Of a DNA stretch of 14,562 nucleotides, positions 10,489 through 14,562 are shown one piece after another. The position numbers were made by a program, and so were the translations under genes. Where the stretch lies: IMG/VR virus record IMGVR_UViG_2703718773_000013; one strand, 5' to 3'. This stretch comes from a virus. Lineage: Duplodnaviria; Heunggongvirae; Uroviricota; Caudoviricetes. Within the stretch, counting starts at the first letter, position 1. Each line of letters starts with the position of its first letter. Under the pieces are notes generated by a model. That model searched no databases, had not been told where the DNA came from, and was given only the letters and a program-made list of their open reading frames with translations.

Positions 10489-11484
10489 TTACGCCAGTAC
10501 GCCTATTGCCAGCGCACGATCGATAAAACGAAATATCAGCTCCAGCTGGGAGCCATACTTCTCTTCAAATGCCACGGTATCCGCATGCAGCTCGTCGTGA
10601 TGCTTTCTGCACAAAGGCAACACAAAAAGGTCATGCGCTTTTGTACCCATTCCCCCCTGACCGTGGCCTATCAGGTGGTGGGGATCATCAGCAGGTTTTC
10701 CACAACATGCGCACGGCTGCGTCTTAACCCAGCGCGTGTACTTTTCATTAACCCAGCGGTGACGTTTTGGGCGTAACATAAAAGACTCCGGCGACTCCGG
10801 ATCCACTTTCAGCGCCAGCACCTTTTTCGCCTTATCCTGGATGATGCTGGTGGCAGGAACCGAAGGCACAAGGTCACTTTCCCGGGTAACAGACGGCACA
10901 ACAGGCTTCGGTAATCTCAGTGCCTTACGGGCTGCACTTTCCGGTAAGGCATCCGCCAGATCATTACGAATCAGCCACCAGCACAGTTCCGGCATTGTCA
11001 CAACATGACTGTCATCAAAACCGAGATCCCGACGCACAACAGACAACACCCAGCGGGCACAGTTATCCGTTGCCATTGATTCCAGCCGTTCCGTGAACTG
11101 ATCGCGCAGCTGGTTATCGCAGTGCCAGCACAGACGGATTGCGCCCGGAGCGTGTCGCATTGTTGTCATGTTCTCGCTGTGCCAGTCGGAATGAGGCCAC
11201 TGGCAGCCTTTTTCACGAAGTAACCAGCTTTCAAGACATTCCACGCCACCAGCACGACGGATCACTGCCTCATTGCGGAACACGGCCCGAACGGCAGGAT
11301 CATCCGCCAGCGGTTGTGATGCCGCCGGAACGGCACCACTGGCGAAAGATGAATAACGTTCCGGCTCAGGCTCCAGCAGGACACGCCCCTGCATAAACAA
11401 GGGCATCAGCTCTGAACCTGGTCTGAACAATACGATCCCCATACGCGGGGCAATTTCAGGGGTCAGTAGTGCTCTCACGGTCAC
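10489..11484 (-). CDS. YdfU-like protein (DUF968-type as recalled) with C-terminal HNH-like Cys/His motif
   Basis: 331 aa track ORF starting at GTG. A GTG at 11478 (SD gagg 5 nt upstream) or the ATG at 11442 are alternative starts. C-terminus has CACCGKPADDPHHLIGHGQGG...PLCRKHHDELH, an HNH/zinc-finger-like pattern. Sits immediately upstream of Q, as in Qin. Confidence 0.7.
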   Translation of the reverse strand: MTVRALLTPEIAPRMGIVLFRPGSELMPLFMQGRVLLEPEPERYSSFASGAVPAASQPLADDPAVRAVFRNEAVIRRAGGVECLESWLLREKGCQWPHSDWHSENMTTMRHAPGAIRLCWHCDNQLRDQFTERLESMATDNCARWVLSVVRRDLGFDDSHVVTMPELCWWLIRNDLADALPESAARKALRLPKPVVPSVTRESDLVPSVPATSIIQDKAKKVLALKVDPESPESFMLRPKRHRWVNEKYTRWVKTQPCACCGKPADDPHHLIGHGQGGMGTKAHDLFVLPLCRKHHDELHADTVAFEEKYGSQLELIFRFIDRALAIGVLA

Positions 11485-11485
11485 C

Positions 11486-12301
11486 TCAATGAACGGTATC
11501 GAGCAGCTTTAACAGCTCAGGGAATCGGGATTCGAAGAAATGCGGCTGCGTCTCGCGCGGATTTGCAGGACTGGTGATGTTCTTGCCGAACATGCAGCCT
11601 TTCGCGGTCAGCGACCAGAATTTTTTGATGTTGTTAATCGCGGTACGACTGTATCGTTCGCGTTGTTCAACGATCCCCAGCTTCGCCATCTGGTGATATG
11701 CCTGATTAGCCGTCAGGCGGATACCATACTGCTTCAGCAGTGCACTCAGCGACAGCGTAGGGCGGCTTGAACCATCTGGCGCATCAGCAGGTGCATCAAT
11801 GGCATAGATCGGCATAAGTTCAGGAAGACCAGCTACCTTTGATAATTTCTGGTATGCACCAAGTTTCGAGGAGTTTGACAGATTTAGAGTCTTTGCTGCT
11901 GATTCAAGCAGAATGACCCCGGATTTAATTTTGTCGGATGTGGTTTCTTCTGGTGATGAATTATGAAGCGCATCAAAAGTACGTATCACTTTTAAGCTGA
12001 ATGCCGGGCTGATCCACATTGCATATGCATAGACCAGCTCTTTACAGACATACGTCCCACCATTGCGCCCCTGAATGGTGATGACAGGAATACTACGGGA
12101 ATCTCCCGTAGTTTCTTCTTCCAATAATTCCACAAGAGCCTTCGTTTCAGGACGACGCATAAACTCGTGAACTTCCAGCGAACGGGAGGAGCGATTCTCA
12201 CCAGCGGCAAGAAGAGCAGCTTTCTGAAGGTCGTTAAGACAGTAGTTAGATTCGAAGTACTGGCGCACAGAAACGCCATCAATTACAAGCAACTGATTCA
12301 T
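11486..12301 (-). CDS. KilA-N domain protein (putative antirepressor-type regulator)
   Basis: ATG at 12301 with SD ggag 7 nt upstream (track ORF begins at GTG 12313). N-terminal region LLVIDGVSVRQ...IQGRNGGTYVCKELVYAYAMWISPAFSLKVIRTF matches the KilA-N (APSES-like) signature GRNGGTW...WLSP.F..WV. Confidence 0.75.
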   Translation of the reverse strand: MNQLLVIDGVSVRQYFESNYCLNDLQKAALLAAGENRSSRSLEVHEFMRRPETKALVELLEEETTGDSRSIPVITIQGRNGGTYVCKELVYAYAMWISPAFSLKVIRTFDALHNSSPEETTSDKIKSGVILLESAAKTLNLSNSSKLGAYQKLSKVAGLPELMPIYAIDAPADAPDGSSRPTLSLSALLKQYGIRLTANQAYHQMAKLGIVEQRERYSRTAINNIKKFWSLTAKGCMFGKNITSPANPRETQPHFFESRFPELLKLLDTVH

Positions 12302-12398
12302 TGGTTTCTCCACAAATTTTTATCCACGAGCGGGACTGCACTCCCTTTTCGTTGATGCCGGATGAACTTACTGCGATTTTTAATAGTTATCAAGGATA

Positions 12399-12418
12399 CA
12401 CTGTTCATAAATACAGTA
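12399..12418. promoter_or_regulatory. LexA (SOS) box, CTGT-N8-ACAG, about 100 bp upstream of the KilA-N gene
   Basis: cACTGTtcataaatACAGTa has CTGT at 12401-12404 and ACAG at 12413-12416 with an AT-rich 8-nt spacer. It is the only canonical CTGT-N8-ACAG match I found in a manual scan of the window. Possible -35 (tgaaca) and -10 (tattaa) elements overlap it on the minus strand. Confidence 0.65.
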
Positions 12419-12463
12419 TCTTTAACGAGGTAATACCCAAATTTAGGGTGTTGCTCAATTCCG

Positions 12464-12859
12464 TTACCGAGTTGCTAATTTGCAACTCGCTTTTTCGTAC
12501 TTACTGATAGTGATCTCGACCTTCCCCTCCGGGATAACCGGTCCCCACTCCACCAGCATTCTTTTCACCTGACTGTCGTCTTCCCACACACCCGCGTGGG
12601 TCAGGGCGTCAAACAGCGCCTTGTTATAGTTGTCCAGATCGCGGATCCGGTTATCCGGAGGAAACAACACGATCTCCACTGAAGCAGGTGCCGACGTTGG
12701 TTTCGGCAGACGACGTAACTGCTCAACTATTGCTGCACACGCCGCGCTCTGGAATTTTCGCCCCGCCGCGCTTATCAGGCTCTTACCAGCAAACGCCCCT
12801 TTGTTGGGGTGTCGCCAGTACGTGTTCACGCTGGGCGGAAAAGGCAGGAGCAGCTTCAT
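12464..12859 (-). CDS. rusA: RusA-family Holliday junction resolvase
   Basis: 131 aa MKLLLPFPPSVNTYWRHPNKG...VEIVLFPPDNRIRDLDNYNKALFDALTHAGVWEDDSQV has the RusA hallmarks (PPS.N.Y, RRDLDN, DAL). Start overlaps the stop of the upstream methyltransferase gene. Confidence 0.88.
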   Translation of the reverse strand: MKLLLPFPPSVNTYWRHPNKGAFAGKSLISAAGRKFQSAACAAIVEQLRRLPKPTSAPASVEIVLFPPDNRIRDLDNYNKALFDALTHAGVWEDDSQVKRMLVEWGPVIPEGKVEITISKYEKASCKLATR

Positions 12860-13596
12860 ACTTTCAGGCCTCTCTCATGTAACCAATGGGCTGCACGCAG
12901 CCTAGCGTTTTCCTCACCGGCAAGCAGTGAGCGGATAATCCCGACCGCCTCGCTGTCGTCGTCCTTCACCACGGTATGAAGCGTGATCCCCCGGGCCACA
13001 CCACGCTTTATCGTGATGACGCCTTTTTTCTCCAGTGCGCGAAGATGCTCCACCGCTGCATTCACTGAACGGTATCCCAGCATGGTTGCCACCTCCTGAT
13101 TGGTTGGCGGGAAGCCACGTTCTTTCTGATAAGAAATCAGCATATCCAGCACCTGCAAACGCCCGCGAATAAAAGCAATATGGTCTGCATCTTCCGGCCA
13201 CCACACTTCGCTGGTGGCAGCTTTGATCAGGAAAACATAGCGCCCGCCTTTATCACGCATAGCACTGGCATGTTTCATGATGTAACGCATGCCGGTGATG
13301 TATTGCCCCTCATGCTGACTGGCGCGGCTGTACGGGGGATTGCCAAAGGCAGCACCTTTAAGCTCCGCAAGACGTTCTGACCAGTCATGCGCCAGCGCGT
13401 TGTCTTCCGCAGTGTAATAAGCGGCACATTTGGCGTTATCACCATCAGTAAACAGATCCAGAACAAACGGGCCAAACAGGGTGTTAATTCCCCAGAAAAT
13501 GTTGTCCGGCGTGCGCCACTGATCGCCCACTTCCTTCAGTTCATGGGCTGGTTTGTTCCGCAGCTCCACCAGCGCCTGGCAATATTTATTACTCAT
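12856..13596 (-). CDS. Phage Dam-type N6-adenine DNA methyltransferase fused to a C-terminal LexA-like winged-helix DNA-binding domain
   Basis: ATG at 13596 with SD ggggg 5 nt upstream (track ORF starts at GTG 13629). The N-terminal ~155 aa carry the catalytic NPPY motif (AAFGNPPYSRAS) and resemble prophage Dam methylases. The C-terminal QKERGFPPTNQEVATMLGYRSVNAAVEHLRALEKKGVITIKRGVARGITL aligns with the E. coli LexA N-terminal domain at roughly 60% identity by eye. No S24 peptidase domain follows. Confidence 0.75.
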   Translation of the reverse strand: MSNKYCQALVELRNKPAHELKEVGDQWRTPDNIFWGINTLFGPFVLDLFTDGDNAKCAAYYTAEDNALAHDWSERLAELKGAAFGNPPYSRASQHEGQYITGMRYIMKHASAMRDKGGRYVFLIKAATSEVWWPEDADHIAFIRGRLQVLDMLISYQKERGFPPTNQEVATMLGYRSVNAAVEHLRALEKKGVITIKRGVARGITLHTVVKDDDSEAVGIIRSLLAGEENARLRAAHWLHERGLKV

Positions 13597-14084
13597 TAAG
13601 CCCCCACGTAATTCCCTGACAGATACCACTCTTCACCCGATGCAGCGCGCTTGCTGCTTTTCCGTAAGCACCGCTCACGATGCGCCAGAAAATTGTTTCG
13701 TTCTGGCTGGGAGTGGCTTTCACGGAATGCCGCCATCCACACCGTTGCAGCTCGACGGAATAAGCCCCTGGACTCCAGTTCTTCAGCCTGGCGGGTCAGG
13801 CACAAAATCACCCGGGGGTCGTTAGTGCCGACATAGAAATTGCGCACAGGTCTGGTTTCACGAACAGATTGTGGTTCCGGCTCCTGCGCTCTCTCAGTCA
13901 GGCGCGGGAAATGTCTGCGTGTATCTCCTTCACAACGGTGAGCCACACGCCCACTCTGACGTAACTTGCTTGCTGACTGCAGAACGCGCTGCCGTGAGTA
14001 ACCAGCAAAAGCATCTGCAATGTCTCCGGAAGTACAGCCCGGATGGGCTTCAATGAATTTCTGAACGTCATTCAAAAGACTCAT
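13596..14084 (-). CDS. Putative regulator with N-terminal wHTH-like region and C-terminal PerC-like domain (YfdN-like)
   Basis: ATG at 14084 with SD aggggg 6 nt upstream. C-terminus LESRGLFRRAATVWMAAF...HRERCL...LSGNYVGA resembles the PerC/Pch family signature (GLWRRAA..W ... YVG) as recalled. Stop overlaps the methyltransferase start (ATGA). Confidence 0.6.
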   Translation of the reverse strand: MSLLNDVQKFIEAHPGCTSGDIADAFAGYSRQRVLQSASKLRQSGRVAHRCEGDTRRHFPRLTERAQEPEPQSVRETRPVRNFYVGTNDPRVILCLTRQAEELESRGLFRRAATVWMAAFRESHSQPERNNFLAHRERCLRKSSKRAASGEEWYLSGNYVGA

Positions 14085-14086
14085 GA

Positions 14087-14562
14087 TCACCCCCTGAATC
14101 CTGCCGGGATCTGGCTGTAGTCCACGTTGTCGTAACTGGCTTTGAAGTACGGGTCTTCACGTTTTTCTGTGTGCGTGCTGACGGACGGCGATAAGCGCAG
14201 GGAAAGCTCATCCCATTTTTCCCGCAACTTCGACGGGCTGAGCACGTTACGGCACCAGAACGGATCGCGGCTGACGCGGCTGTACATCTCGCAGATTTGT
14301 TTGTGAGTACGACCATCCTGCACACACATCAGGCGAATTTCGTTTGCCCATGCTGTCCAGTTCGGTTCTTTGGGACGAACCACCTCGCCGTCACATTCGG
14401 CGGCCTGCTCGTACAGGGCAATGATTTTTTTCCAGAGCCACTGTGCGCAGGTCAAATCATCCTGCGTTCCCCACTGGCGCTTTTTAGGGCTGAATACAAC
14501 CGCATCAGGATGGCGAGTTAAAAAATCCTGTTCAGCCGTCTGCGTGTCCGGTTGCGAAGCGT
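14087..14562 (-). CDS. Replication-region phage protein, C-terminal part; 5' end lies outside the window
   Basis: The reading frame is open from the window edge (14562) to the stop at 14087; the track lists only its in-window TTG at 14455. Sequence ...LTCAQWLWKKIIALYEQAAECDGEVVRPKEPNWTAWANEIRLMCVQDGRTHKQICEMYSR... Position is upstream of the nin-like region. Function not recognised with certainty. Confidence 0.5.
   Translation of the reverse strand, partial: ASQPDTQTAEQDFLTRHPDAVVFSPKKRQWGTQDDLTCAQWLWKKIIALYEQAAECDGEVVRPKEPNWTAWANEIRLMCVQDGRTHKQICEMYSRVSRDPFWCRNVLSPSKLREKWDELSLRLSPSVSTHTEKREDPYFKASYDNVDYSQIPAGFRG

Noticed and set aside
12914-13475. Several 66-96 aa ORFs in both orientations inside the methyltransferase gene
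   Set aside because: All nested in or antisense to the methyltransferase–LexA-domain ORF, whose frame is supported by NPPY and LexA-domain motifs.

Overview
This window is a reverse-oriented stretch of a mosaic lambdoid phage or prophage, read entirely from the sequence and from remembered protein families (no searches were run). Almost all genes lie on the minus strand in phage order: replication-region gene (partial) -> wHTH/PerC-like regulator -> Dam-type methyltransferase fused to a LexA-like DNA-binding domain -> RusA -> SOS box -> KilA-N protein -> YdfU-like HNH protein -> antiterminator Q -> pR'/tR' -> cspF/cspB morons -> phage-21-type pinholin -> YdfR-like gene -> SAR endolysin -> Rz/Rz1 -> cspI/gns morons -> cos -> Nu1 -> terminase A -> W -> portal B (partial). 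The packaging end (B, W, A, Nu1, cos) looks lambda-identical, whereas the lysis and Q region resembles the E. coli Qin prophage and phage 21. The most unusual candidates are the methyltransferase–LexA-domain fusion with a canonical SOS box about 450 bp downstream, and a lysis cassette split by an extra gene plus a convergent antisense ORF. No CRISPR array, tRNA, rRNA or IS element was recognised.
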